Positions 53,186 to 63,142 of a DNA stretch of 64,000 nt are shown here, in pieces. The translations under genes and the position numbers were made by a program. The notes under the pieces are model-generated. The model did no database searches and was not told where the DNA came from. It saw only the letters and a program-made list of their open reading frames with translations. Every line of letters starts with the position of its first letter. Within the stretch, counting starts at the first letter, position 1. Source of the DNA: Alphaproteobacteria bacterium (GTDB taxonomy: Bacteria > Pseudomonadota > Alphaproteobacteria > UBA2966); contig OZ219856.1 in the NCBI GenBank assembly GCA_964291395.2, positions 96,001 through 160,000 on the forward strand, written 5' to 3'.

Positions 53186-54544
53186 TCAGTAGGCATATTC
53201 TTCGAAGGCGGGATCGACATTTCGATCCCATCGTGTCTCGTAGGCTTGGAGCAGTTCCTCGGCGGGAGAGACACCGGACTCCGCAATCGTTCGAAGAGGG
53301 TTCAAGAAGTGGTCTTCATTGTCCCCCATGCTGTCACGGATACCTCGGCGGCGGAGGCCTTGACTACAGATTTCCATCACCTCGAGCGTGATGTCTCTCA
53401 CGGAACGGCCACGGAATTCCGCTTTCAGCGCCCGGCGCGTGACGTCCGCGTGGAGCGACACCACGTCTTCATGACTCCAGTCCTTGCACAACTCGAACGC
53501 TGCGTCCAGGGCCGACGCCTCATAGAGCAAACCGACCCAAAGCGCGGGCAGCGCGCATAGCCTGCCCCACGGCCCGCCGTCCGCCCCCCGGAGTTCCAGG
53601 AAATGTTTCAGCCGGACCTCGGGAAACGCCGTGGACACGTGGTCTTGCCAGTCCTGCAGCGTGGGCCGCTCGCCAGGAAGCTCTTCCAGCTTTCCATCGA
53701 GAAAGTCGCGGAACGATCGTCCGGCGACGTCGACGTAACGGTCCCGATGGACGAAATACATCGGGACGTCCAGCATGTAGTCCGTGTAGCGCTCGAACCC
53801 CATGCCGTCCTCGAAGGCAAACGGCAGGAATCCCGTGCGGTCGGGATCGGTGTCCGTCCACACGTAACCCCGATAGCTCAGGTGACCGTTCGGCTTTCCT
53901 TCCTTGAACGGGGAGTTGGCGAACAACGCGGTGGCGATCGGCTGTAGCTTGAGCGCCACCCGCATCTTCTTCACCATGTCGGCTTCGGATGCGTAGTCGA
54001 GATTTACCTGAACCGTGCAGGTCCGAAACATCATGTCGAGGCCGAGCGAACCACGAGTCGGCATGTATCGGCGCATGATGCCGTACCGTCCCTTCGGCAT
54101 GAGGGGCATATCCTCATACTTCCATTTCGGGTGGTATCCGAGACCGAGAAATCCCACGTCCAGCTCGGCGCCAATCTGCTTCACTTGGGCCAGGTGCGTG
54201 TTCACCTCATGACAGGTTTGATGAAGATTTTCGAGGGGGGCGCCCGAGAGCTCGACCGCACCGCTTGGCTCGAGCGTTACCGCCTGTCCGTCCAAGGTCA
54301 GTGCTATGACGTTCCCGTCCTCGAACACCGGGGCCCAGTTGAACCGTTGCAGACGTTCCAGGATGGCGCGAATTCCGACATCGCCTTCATACGGCAGAGG
54401 GCGTAGATCACTTCGGCGGTAGGCGAATTTTTCATGCTCGGTCCCGATTCGCCAGTCGACAGGCCGCTTGCAGCCGCGCTCGAAATAGGAGACGAGGTCG
54501 GTCCGATCGTTGATCAACGGCGACTCGGCGTGTGGACCTGCCAA
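53186..54544 (-). CDS. gshA: Glutamate-cysteine ligase (alphaproteobacterial/plant type)
   Basis: IGTEHEKF; TLEP; MPKGRY; TCTVQVNLD; FANSP; FPEVRLK. Confidence 0.95.
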   Translation of the reverse strand: MAGPHAESPLINDRTDLVSYFERGCKRPVDWRIGTEHEKFAYRRSDLRPLPYEGDVGIRAILERLQRFNWAPVFEDGNVIALTLDGQAVTLEPSGAVELSGAPLENLHQTCHEVNTHLAQVKQIGAELDVGFLGLGYHPKWKYEDMPLMPKGRYGIMRRYMPTRGSLGLDMMFRTCTVQVNLDYASEADMVKKMRVALKLQPIATALFANSPFKEGKPNGHLSYRGYVWTDTDPDRTGFLPFAFEDGMGFERYTDYMLDVPMYFVHRDRYVDVAGRSFRDFLDGKLEELPGERPTLQDWQDHVSTAFPEVRLKHFLELRGADGGPWGRLCALPALWVGLLYEASALDAAFELCKDWSHEDVVSLHADVTRRALKAEFRGRSVRDITLEVMEICSQGLRRRGIRDSMGDNEDHFLNPLRTIAESGVSPAEELLQAYETRWDRNVDPAFEEYAY

Positions 54545-54655
54545 ATCGAATTCCTCTCGCCGGATGATTTACCAGGAAGACGGAAAATTTTGCGCTCAAC
54601 TAGCAGTCTCGCCTCTTCACGGCAAGTGCCGAACGCGTCATGGCGTATTCGTCCG

Positions 54656-55399
54656 TCACGGTACGGTCATCCGGGATTGGAGAATTCCGAGCGCGACGGT
54701 AGCCGCCGTCTCGCTGCGGAGAAGACGCGGTCCGAGATCGACGCCCAGAACTCTCTCATGGCCGGCAATGAACGTCCGTTCGGCCAGGTCGAAACCACCT
54801 TCGGGGCCGATAAGTACCGCCCATGGTCCCTGTAGGTCGGATCCGTTCAGTCCGTCGAGCACCTTGGCAATCGGAGGGCTGTCACCCGATTCGTCGCACC
54901 AGAGGAGCCTGCGGGAAAGATCCAACGATCCCAGAAATCGGTTCAGTGTCACCGGTTCGCCCACGCCCGGGACGGACAATCGGCCGCATTGCTCGGCGGC
55001 CTCCTTCGCACTGGACAGGAGCCGGTCGACGTTGGTGCGCGAAACAACGGTCCGCCGGGTCACGACCGGCTGAATGTGTGTGGCGCCGAGTTCCGTGGCC
55101 TTTTCGGCAAGGGCCATCATGCGCGCCCGTTTGATCGGCGCGGCTACAATCCAGATATCCGCCTCCGTCGCCTGGGGCCGCAACATGTCTTGCACGACAA
55201 TCGCACAACTCCGGTGCCCCATCTCCGTGACCATGGCCTGCCATTCCCCGTCACGTCCATTAAAGAGAACCAAGGAGTCGCCAATGCCAAGGCGCATCAC
55301 TGTGCCAGCGTAGTGAGCGGCCGCGGAATCTAGGTCAAGCGTTGCGCCGCTGGAGAGGGACGAGTCGACGAACAGCCGGACCTTGGCAACCTTCACCAT
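54656..55399 (-). CDS. rsmE: 16S rRNA m3U1498 methyltransferase
   Basis: EKATELG; EAAEQCGR; IGPEGGF; LGPRLLRSETA. Confidence 0.96.
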   Translation of the reverse strand: MVKVAKVRLFVDSSLSSGATLDLDSAAAHYAGTVMRLGIGDSLVLFNGRDGEWQAMVTEMGHRSCAIVVQDMLRPQATEADIWIVAAPIKRARMMALAEKATELGATHIQPVVTRRTVVSRTNVDRLLSSAKEAAEQCGRLSVPGVGEPVTLNRFLGSLDLSRRLLWCDESGDSPPIAKVLDGLNGSDLQGPWAVLIGPEGGFDLAERTFIAGHERVLGVDLGPRLLRSETAATVALGILQSRMTVP

Positions 55400-55467
55400 G
55401 CCTTCTCTCCGTGAACAGGTTCGGACGATTCTTGCCGGGGACCCCGAAGCGCGATAGTGCTAGGCCG

Positions 55468-56427
55468 ATGGGAAGAGATGCCGACGCGCAGATCGCCGAC
55501 GCCAAGACCGGCAACTGGGTCGATCGCCTTGCCCCAGGCTTCCTGAAGCCGTACCTCAAGCTCGGCCGGTTCGATCGGCCGATCGGATACTGGCTGCTGT
55601 TGTGGCCCTGCTGGTGGTCGGTGGCCCTGGCCGCACGCGAACTCCCCGATGGCTGGCGGTTTGCGCTTGCCGGCGGAAACGGGTGGCCCGATCCGGTTTT
55701 GCTCGTGCTGTTCTATGTCGGTGCCGTCGCCATGCGAGCAGCCGGCTGTGCGTACAACGATATCGTCGACCGCGATATCGACGGTGCCGTGGAGCGCACT
55801 GCACTGCGTCCCCTGCCCAGCGGCCAAATCTCGCCCACGCAAGCCGCATTGTTCGGAATACTGATGGCGCTGATCGGCCTGGCCGTCCTCGCGACTTTCA
55901 ACGGCTTCGCGATCATGTTGGGTGTCGCCTCGCTCGTGATCGTTGCGTTCTACCCGCACATGAAGCGTATGACCCACTACCCGCAGGTGGTGCTGGGCCT
56001 CGCCTTCAATTGGGGCGCGCTGATGGGCTGGGCCGTGCTGACCGGTAGTCTTCACCCAGCACCGGTCGTGCTGTTCCTCGCGGGCATTGCTTGGACGCTG
56101 GGCTATGACACGGTCTACGCGCATCAGGACAAGGAAGATGATCTACTCGTGGGCGTGAAGTCCATGGCGATCAAGCTGGGATCAACCACGAGACCCTGGC
56201 TGGCCATGTTTTACGCTACCTCAATCATCGGAATTCTGGCTGCCGGATGGCTCGTGGATATCGGGGTCCCATTCTACGTCGGCATGTTACTCGTCGCGGC
56301 GCAGTTTGCTTGGCAAGTTATCGACATCGACATCGACTCACCCGAAGATTGTCTCGGCAAGTTCCGGTCGAACCATTTGTTGGGAGCATTGGTTTTTCTA
56401 GCGATCGCGACAGGCAGCATATTCTGA
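55468..56427 (+). CDS. ubiA: 4-hydroxybenzoate polyprenyltransferase
   Basis: RFDRPIG; NDIVDRDID; RPLPSG; YDTVYAHQD. Confidence 0.96.
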   Translation: MGRDADAQIADAKTGNWVDRLAPGFLKPYLKLGRFDRPIGYWLLLWPCWWSVALAARELPDGWRFALAGGNGWPDPVLLVLFYVGAVAMRAAGCAYNDIVDRDIDGAVERTALRPLPSGQISPTQAALFGILMALIGLAVLATFNGFAIMLGVASLVIVAFYPHMKRMTHYPQVVLGLAFNWGALMGWAVLTGSLHPAPVVLFLAGIAWTLGYDTVYAHQDKEDDLLVGVKSMAIKLGSTTRPWLAMFYATSIIGILAAGWLVDIGVPFYVGMLLVAAQFAWQVIDIDIDSPEDCLGKFRSNHLLGALVFLAIATGSIF

Positions 56428-56596
56428 CGACTTTATCACGCGGCACCCCGACCGGTCCGGAGACACCTGATCGGAGAACTCCCGTGCTGCCCAAGCCGGG
56501 CAAGCCAAGTGCCAGCGACATCAAACGGCGTCGCCTGTCGCCCCAAAATCAGGCCGCCGATATACTCCCATGTTCGCCAAACGCCGCGAGCCCGCG

Positions 56597-58105
56597 ATGA
56601 CATTCGACTCCCTCAGAGATTTCGTTGACGCGCTGGAGCGTACCGGACAACTCGTCCGGGTATCGCAACCTGTCTCGACGGTCCTCGAAATGACCGAAAT
56701 CCAGACGCGGTTGCTCGCGAATGGCGGACCAGCGGTGCTCTTTGAAAATCCCGTGGACGAAGCCGGACGACCGTGCGGGATGCCCGTCCTCGTGAATCTG
56801 TTCGGAACCGTCGCCCGGGTGGGACGGGGGATAGACCGTGAGCCCGACGCACTCCGGGAACTCGGAGAAACCTTGGCCTTTCTTCGGCAGCCGGAACCGC
56901 CGGGCGGATGGCGTGAGGCCCTGACGATGGCGCCCATGCTGAAGACGGCGATGTCGATGAAACCCAAGACGGTGTCAAAAGGGCCGGTGCAGGACGTGAT
57001 CCTGACCGGGGACGAAATCGACCTCTCACGGCTTCCGGTCCAGGTATGCTGGCCAGGGGAACCGGCCCCCCTCATCACCTGGCCACTCGTGGTGACGAAG
57101 GGACCGGGCGACCGAAAGGAGGACGACTTCAATCTCGGCATATACCGCATGCAGGTAACGGGGCGGGACAGCACCTACATGCGCTGGCTCAAGCATCGGG
57201 GCGGCGCCCAACAACACGCACGCTGGAAGGACGAACGCGACGAACCTCTTCCCGCGGCGGCCGTGATCGGTGCCGATCCCGGCACGATCATCGCAGCCGT
57301 GACGCCGGTCCCCGACACCATGTCGGAGTATCGGTTCGCGGGATTGTTGCGGAACGCCGGCGTCGAACTCGTCGACTGCAGGACCGTACCCCTCAAGGTG
57401 CCGGCAACCGCGGAGATCGTCCTCGAAGGCCACGTTTCGCTCGACGAATACGGAGATGAAGGTCCGTACGGGGACCATACCGGCTACTACAACGCGGCCG
57501 AGCCGTTTCCCGTGTTCCGGGTCTCGGCGATCACCATGCGGAGAGATCCGATCTATCTCTCCACCTTCACGGGTCGTCCGCCGGATGAGCCCAGCATCCT
57601 GGGCGAGGCGTTGAACGAGCTTTTCGTTCCCCTGCTCCGGCAGCAGTTCCCGGAAATCGTCGATTTCTGGCTGCCGCCGGAGGCCTGCTCCTACCGCGTG
57701 GCGGTGGTCTCGATGAAAAAGGCCTACGCGGGACACGCCAAGCGGGTGATGATGGCCGTCTGGTCCTACCTGAGGCAGTTCACGTACACCAAGTTCGTCA
57801 TCGTCATCGATGACGATCTCGACGCCCGGAACTGGACCGACGTGATCTGGGCAATCTCGACGAACGTCGATCCGGCGCGCGACGTCACGACGGTGGAAAA
57901 CACACCCATCGACTATCTCGATTTTGCGTCACCCGAGTCCGGGCTGGGCAGCAAGATGGGGATCGACGCCACCACCAAGATTCCACCCGAAACGAAGCGG
58001 GAATGGGGGCGCAAGATCCGCATGTCGGACGACATCATCGACCTGGTATCGGAGAAATGGCCGAAACTGGGGTTGCCCGGTGCCGGCAAACCCATCTGGA
58101 AGTAA
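56597..58105 (+). CDS. ubiD: UbiD family decarboxylase
   Basis: NLGIYRMQ; MRWLKHRGG; EGPYGDHTGYY; GRPPDE; SKMGIDAT. Confidence 0.95.
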   Translation: MTFDSLRDFVDALERTGQLVRVSQPVSTVLEMTEIQTRLLANGGPAVLFENPVDEAGRPCGMPVLVNLFGTVARVGRGIDREPDALRELGETLAFLRQPEPPGGWREALTMAPMLKTAMSMKPKTVSKGPVQDVILTGDEIDLSRLPVQVCWPGEPAPLITWPLVVTKGPGDRKEDDFNLGIYRMQVTGRDSTYMRWLKHRGGAQQHARWKDERDEPLPAAAVIGADPGTIIAAVTPVPDTMSEYRFAGLLRNAGVELVDCRTVPLKVPATAEIVLEGHVSLDEYGDEGPYGDHTGYYNAAEPFPVFRVSAITMRRDPIYLSTFTGRPPDEPSILGEALNELFVPLLRQQFPEIVDFWLPPEACSYRVAVVSMKKAYAGHAKRVMMAVWSYLRQFTYTKFVIVIDDDLDARNWTDVIWAISTNVDPARDVTTVENTPIDYLDFASPESGLGSKMGIDATTKIPPETKREWGRKIRMSDDIIDLVSEKWPKLGLPGAGKPIWK

Positions 58106-58235
58106 TGGCGGTTAAACCGGAAACCTCGGCGGCGGACCTGCGGAACCTGCCCCCGCGCGGGCTTGGCGCGCAATGCCATCGAGCCCACCCGAGGGTGGCG
58201 CGGCAATCGCCGGAACCTATATAACCCTTCTGCAA

Positions 58236-59603
58236 ATGACCGAACCCGCCACGACGTCCACGCCATCCGGAGAATCCGCCGCCGAACTGCTGGACGATCT
58301 GATCAGGAAGGCGTTGGTGCTAGGCGCCGACGCCGCGGACGCCCTGCGGGTGGGCGGCGTTTCCCTGGGCGTGTCGCAGCGACTGGGAAAACGGGAAGAC
58401 CTCGAGAGATCCGAGACCAGCGACGTGGGATTCCGCGTCTTCATCGGCAAGCGGCAGGCCATCGTCTCGTCCACGGATACCTCGCCGGCAGCCCTCGACG
58501 AACTCGTCGAACGGGCCGTAGCGATGGCTAGGGTGGCGCCCGAAGATCCTTATTGCGGGTTGGCCGACCCCGATCTCCTCGCGTCGGCGGTGGACGACCT
58601 CGATCTGTTCGACGTCCACGAATGCGACGCTGACGAGTTGTACGATCGCGCCGCCGAAGCCGAGGATGCCGCGCGCGCCCATCCCGGCATCACGAATTCG
58701 GAAGGCGCGGATGCGAGCTGGAGCGTGAGGACGGTCGACCTTGCCACCAGCCACGGCTTTGCGGGCCGCTACCAAACCTCGAGCTACAGCGTAAGTGCCG
58801 CTGTGGTGGCGGGCGAAGGCACTGCGATGGAGCGGGATTACGACTATGCCGTGGCGCGACATCTAGAGGACCTTGAGGACGCGGCCGACGTCGGCCGGCG
58901 CGCCGGCGAGCGCACGGTAAAACGGCTCAACCCGAGGAAGGCGGAAACCTCGCAAGTCCCGGTGGTTTTCGATCCTCGGGTCAGCGGAGGCATCGTCGGA
59001 CATTTCTCGGGCGCCTTGACCGGCCCGGCCGTCGCACGTGGCACGAGCTTTCTGAAAGACCGAAAGGGGCGGCAGGTCTTTCCGACGAACGTCACCGTAA
59101 CCGACGATCCCCACCGCGCGCGCGGTTTGGCGTCGAAACCGTTCGACGGCGAAGGAGTCTCCAATCAAAGGACGGTTCTCGCGAAGTCAGGCGTCCTCGA
59201 GACCTGGATCCTAGACTCGGCGTCGGCCCGGCAATTGGGCCTGAAGACGACGGGACATGCCGGAAGAGGCGCCTCTTCGCCTCCGTCACCGTCCACGACC
59301 AATCTGTACATGGATGCCGGTGAGCCCACGCCACGGGATCTGATGGCGGATATTTCCAGCGGGTTCTATGTCACCGAATTGATCGGATTCGGCGTCAACC
59401 CGATCACCGGCGACTACAGTCGAGGGGCCGCCGGGTTCTGGATCGAGAATGGGGAGATTTCCCATCCCGTCAGCGAAGTGACCATCGCAGGCAACCTCAA
59501 GGACATGTTCATGAACCTGGTGCCTGCCAACGATCTGAAGTTCCGCTATGCCACGAACGCGCCGACGCTTCGCATCGACGGCATGACCGTGGCCGGCGCG
59601 TGA
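58236..59603 (+). CDS. pmbA: TldE/PmbA family protein
   Basis: MERDY; FDGEGV; GVNPITGDYSRGAAGFWIENGE; TIAGNL. Confidence 0.93.
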   Translation: MTEPATTSTPSGESAAELLDDLIRKALVLGADAADALRVGGVSLGVSQRLGKREDLERSETSDVGFRVFIGKRQAIVSSTDTSPAALDELVERAVAMARVAPEDPYCGLADPDLLASAVDDLDLFDVHECDADELYDRAAEAEDAARAHPGITNSEGADASWSVRTVDLATSHGFAGRYQTSSYSVSAAVVAGEGTAMERDYDYAVARHLEDLEDAADVGRRAGERTVKRLNPRKAETSQVPVVFDPRVSGGIVGHFSGALTGPAVARGTSFLKDRKGRQVFPTNVTVTDDPHRARGLASKPFDGEGVSNQRTVLAKSGVLETWILDSASARQLGLKTTGHAGRGASSPPSPSTTNLYMDAGEPTPRDLMADISSGFYVTELIGFGVNPITGDYSRGAAGFWIENGEISHPVSEVTIAGNLKDMFMNLVPANDLKFRYATNAPTLRIDGMTVAGA

Positions 59604-60400
59604 CCACCCGCATCGCGCCGGCCTCCTCGGGCGATCTCGGAGGAGACCATAGGCTCCTCGTCCACGCCGTGCGCGAGGCGGGCGAGGTCGCGCGGCGGTA
59701 TTTCGAGGCGGGCGCAAAGTCCTGGCACAAGAATCCCGGCAATCCCGTAACCGAGGCCGACATCGCTGTCGACTCGCTGCTGCGCGAGCGACTCTGCGCC
59801 GATCGCCCTGATTACGGCTGGTTGTCGGAGGAAACCGAGGACGACCTTTCCCGCCTCGAACGTCGTCGCGTCTGGATCGTGGACCCGATAGACGGCACCC
59901 GCGCCTTCATGGCCGGGCGAGCGGAATTCACGATCAGCGCCGGGCTCATCGAGGAAGGCCGGCCGATCCTCGGCGCCGTCCTCAATCCGATCACGGGGGA
60001 GTTGTTCGAGGCGATGAAGAAGGGGGGTGCCCGATGCAACGGCGAACGGCTCGAGACTCCCGATGCCGTGGCCCTGAACGATGCTCGATTGCTGGCAAGC
60101 CGGCGCGCGCTGGAGCGCCGGCAAGGTTTCGGCACTCTGCCCTGTGCCCGATTCAGTTTCATCAACTCGATCGCCTATCGCATGTCACTGGTCGCGCAGA
60201 ATAGATTCGACGCCACGATCTCGCTCGCCAAGAAAAGCGATTGGGACATCGCGGCGGCGGAACTGATCGTCACCGAGTCCGGTGGACTGGCGGCCGCGCC
60301 CGACGGCTCTCCTCTCCGCTACAATGGCAGATCCACGGAGCACGCAGGCGTCATCGCCGCCGGTCCGAAACTGTTCCGAGAAATTCTGAGCCGCCTGTAG
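59600..60400 (+). CDS. CysQ/inositol monophosphatase family protein
   Basis: PVTEAD; WLSEE; WIVDPIDGT; WDIAAA. Confidence 0.92.
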   Translation: MTTRIAPASSGDLGGDHRLLVHAVREAGEVARRYFEAGAKSWHKNPGNPVTEADIAVDSLLRERLCADRPDYGWLSEETEDDLSRLERRRVWIVDPIDGTRAFMAGRAEFTISAGLIEEGRPILGAVLNPITGELFEAMKKGGARCNGERLETPDAVALNDARLLASRRALERRQGFGTLPCARFSFINSIAYRMSLVAQNRFDATISLAKKSDWDIAAAELIVTESGGLAAAPDGSPLRYNGRSTEHAGVIAAGPKLFREILSRL

Positions 60401-60565
60401 ACCCCGCTGGATGTAACCATTCAATAGAAGCTTATATTCGAAGGTAGGTAACCGTCTGCCCCGATCCCTCGCATAAATGGGGTGACGCCCGAGGCGTCTT
60501 GCCGTCTCTTTGGCCCTGGTCTTGAGCTGTGTTACATTCAACTTTGAAAACAAGGGGTTAGCCAT

Positions 60566-62377
60566 TTGACCAGTGCGCACGCGGAAGGTCCGGTGGGCGA
60601 TCCGCAACCCATGTCTAGCCACATGCTCGTTGCGCGACTGTATCGCGGCCACATCCGCCGTCATCTCGGCAAGCTGGGTTTCGCGGCGGTCTGCATGATC
60701 GTCGTCGCCGCGGCGACCGCGGCCAACGCCTGGTTGATGGAGCCCTTCCTCGACAAGGTCTTCCTCGAGCGGAGCGAGACGATGCTTCTGCTGGTGCCGC
60801 TCGCCGTTCTCGCAATCACCCTGATCAAGGGTGTTGCCGGGTATCTGCAGGGCTACATCATGGCGGCCGTGGGCCAGCGCATCGTCGCCGACGTTCAGAT
60901 CGACCTCTTCGGTCATTTGATGCGCGCAGACCTCCACTACTTCCAGCGGACGACATCGGGGAGATTGATCTCCAATTTCCTCAACGACGCCAATCTCCTG
61001 CACTACGCGGTGTCCAGGGCCCTTACCGGGATCGCCAAGGACTCGCTGATGCTTGCCTTCTTGGTCGCCCTGATGTTTCACCAGGACTGGCGCCTCGCCA
61101 CCGTCACCTGCGTTATCTTTCCCGTCGCGATACTGCCGGTTCGCAATCTTGGCCGGCGGGCGCGCAAAGCCTCGACGCAAACGCAGGAGCGGACCGGCCG
61201 GTTCTCGGCGATCCTGACCGAGACGCTGCAGGCGGCGCGGCACGTCAAGGCCTACGGCATGGAGACATACGAATCGGAGCGGGCGCGGGACGCCATCGAC
61301 GCCCGGCTGCGGGCGATCTACAAGGCCGTGAAGACACGGGCGGCGGCCACGCCGATCATGGAGACACTGGGCGGGATCGCGATCGCCGCGATCATCTACT
61401 ACGGCGGCAGCCGGGTCATCGCCGGCGAGACGACGCCGGGAACCATCTTCTCCTTCGTCACGGCACTGGTCATGGCGTATCAGCCCATGAAGAGCCTCGC
61501 CAATCTGAACACGGCGCTTCAGGAAGGGCTCGCCGCGGCGCAGCGGATATTCGCGATGCTGGACGTCGAGCCCGGCATCAAGGAAAGACCGGGTGCCCGG
61601 CCGCTACGACTGAACGGCGGCGAAGTCCGTTTCGAGAACGTCACTTTCGTCTACCCCGACGGGCAACCGGCACTTCTGGACATCGACCTCACGGTGCCGC
61701 CGGGTCGCCGCGTGGCGCTCGTTGGCGCCTCCGGCGCCGGCAAGTCGACACTCCTGAATCTGATTCCTCGCTTTTATGACCCCACGTCGGGCCGGGTGCT
61801 GATCGACGACCAGGACATCCGGGAGGTCAGTCTGGGATCGGTCCGTGCCAGCATCGGGCTGGTCAGCCAGGAGGCAATCCTCTTCGACGACACGGTTCGT
61901 GCCAACATCGCCTACGGGCGTCCCGGAGCCGGCTCTACGGACATCGAAGCGGCGGCCCGCGCCGCGGCGGCCGACATGTTCATTCGCGCGATCGAGGGGG
62001 GGTATGACGGAGCGGTCGGTGAATCGGGGACCCGGCTTTCGGGAGGCCAGCGTCAGCGCATCGCCATCGCCCGGGCCATGCTCAAGGACGCGCCGATCCT
62101 GTTGTTGGACGAAGCCACGTCGGCGTTGGACTTGGAGTCGGAACGGCAGGTGCAGGACGCGCTCATGACGCTAATGGAAGGTCGTACCACCTTGATCGTC
62201 GCCCACCGGCTGTCGACGGTCATCGATGCGGATATCATTCACGTCATTGATCAGGGCCGTATCGTCGAATCGGGATCCCACGCGGAACTGATGGCCCGGG
62301 CAGGCGTTTACGCGAGGCTCTATCGGTCGCAATCGAAAGCCTCGGACGAGGCCCCGGCCCTGCAAGCGCGCGCGTGA
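60566..62377 (+). CDS. msbA: MsbA-like lipid A ABC exporter
   Basis: TM domain plus GASGAGKST, LSGGQRQR, LLLDEATSALD; precedes DUF374 and waaA; start uncertain. Confidence 0.85.
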   Translation: MTSAHAEGPVGDPQPMSSHMLVARLYRGHIRRHLGKLGFAAVCMIVVAAATAANAWLMEPFLDKVFLERSETMLLLVPLAVLAITLIKGVAGYLQGYIMAAVGQRIVADVQIDLFGHLMRADLHYFQRTTSGRLISNFLNDANLLHYAVSRALTGIAKDSLMLAFLVALMFHQDWRLATVTCVIFPVAILPVRNLGRRARKASTQTQERTGRFSAILTETLQAARHVKAYGMETYESERARDAIDARLRAIYKAVKTRAAATPIMETLGGIAIAAIIYYGGSRVIAGETTPGTIFSFVTALVMAYQPMKSLANLNTALQEGLAAAQRIFAMLDVEPGIKERPGARPLRLNGGEVRFENVTFVYPDGQPALLDIDLTVPPGRRVALVGASGAGKSTLLNLIPRFYDPTSGRVLIDDQDIREVSLGSVRASIGLVSQEAILFDDTVRANIAYGRPGAGSTDIEAAARAAAADMFIRAIEGGYDGAVGESGTRLSGGQRQRIAIARAMLKDAPILLLDEATSALDLESERQVQDALMTLMEGRTTLIVAHRLSTVIDADIIHVIDQGRIVESGSHAELMARAGVYARLYRSQSKASDEAPALQARA

Positions 62378-62410
62378 TCCCGCAACGGTCAGCCGGGCCA
62401 CGTCGCCCGA

Positions 62411-63142
62411 GTGTGTGAGGTGTATAAACGCATCCTGCATATGCCACCGATCCGAGCCATCTTGTGCTGGCTCGGTGCCGCCTATATCAGGCTGGTCTAT
62501 GCGACCAGCCGGTGGGAAACGCGGAACGCCGAGGCCGTAAACACGCTTTGGGACGCGGACTCGCCATTCATTCTGGCGTTCTGGCACGGGCGGCTGTTTA
62601 TGATGCCGACCGTCTGGCGCAGAGGCGTGCCGATCCGCATGCTGATTTCGCGACATCGGGACGGCGAGCTGATCGCCCGTACCGTGCGCCACTTCGGGAT
62701 CGACACCATCCGGGGTTCCACGTCTCAGGGAGGCGGAGGCGCCCTGCGCGAAGTCGTGCGCACGTTGAAATCCGGTAAGTGGGTCGGATTTACACCGGAC
62801 GGACCCCGCGGCCCGCGTATGCAAGTGAGTGACGGCATCATCTCCGTCGCCAGGCTGGCGGGGGTGCCGATCATTCCAAGCGCTTGCGCGGTGTCCCACC
62901 GCAAAGTGCTCCCCTCCTGGGATCGATTCGCGATTCCTTTCCCGTTCTCACGAGGCATACACATATGGGGTGAGCCCCTTTCCGTCCCGCGTGATGCGGA
63001 CGAGGAAACGCTCGAGGCTTCCCGGCGGTCGCTGGAACGGTCTCTCAACGAGATTACGGCGGCGGCAGACCGGTACTGCGGGGTGGACGTGATCACGCCG
63101 GCGCCCATCGCGGCCCCCGCCCGCTCGAACGCCGACACCTAA
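62411..63142 (+). CDS. DUF374 lysophospholipid acyltransferase family protein
   Basis: AFWHGR; ISRHRDGELIA; RGS; TPDGPRGP; WDRF-x-IP-x-PF. Confidence 0.9.
   Translation: MCEVYKRILHMPPIRAILCWLGAAYIRLVYATSRWETRNAEAVNTLWDADSPFILAFWHGRLFMMPTVWRRGVPIRMLISRHRDGELIARTVRHFGIDTIRGSTSQGGGGALREVVRTLKSGKWVGFTPDGPRGPRMQVSDGIISVARLAGVPIIPSACAVSHRKVLPSWDRFAIPFPFSRGIHIWGEPLSVPRDADEETLEASRRSLERSLNEITAAADRYCGVDVITPAPIAAPARSNADT

Noticed and set aside
51707-59603. tldD plus pmbA as a RiPP maturation cluster
   Set aside because: Ordinary housekeeping context; no precursor or YcaO-type genes nearby
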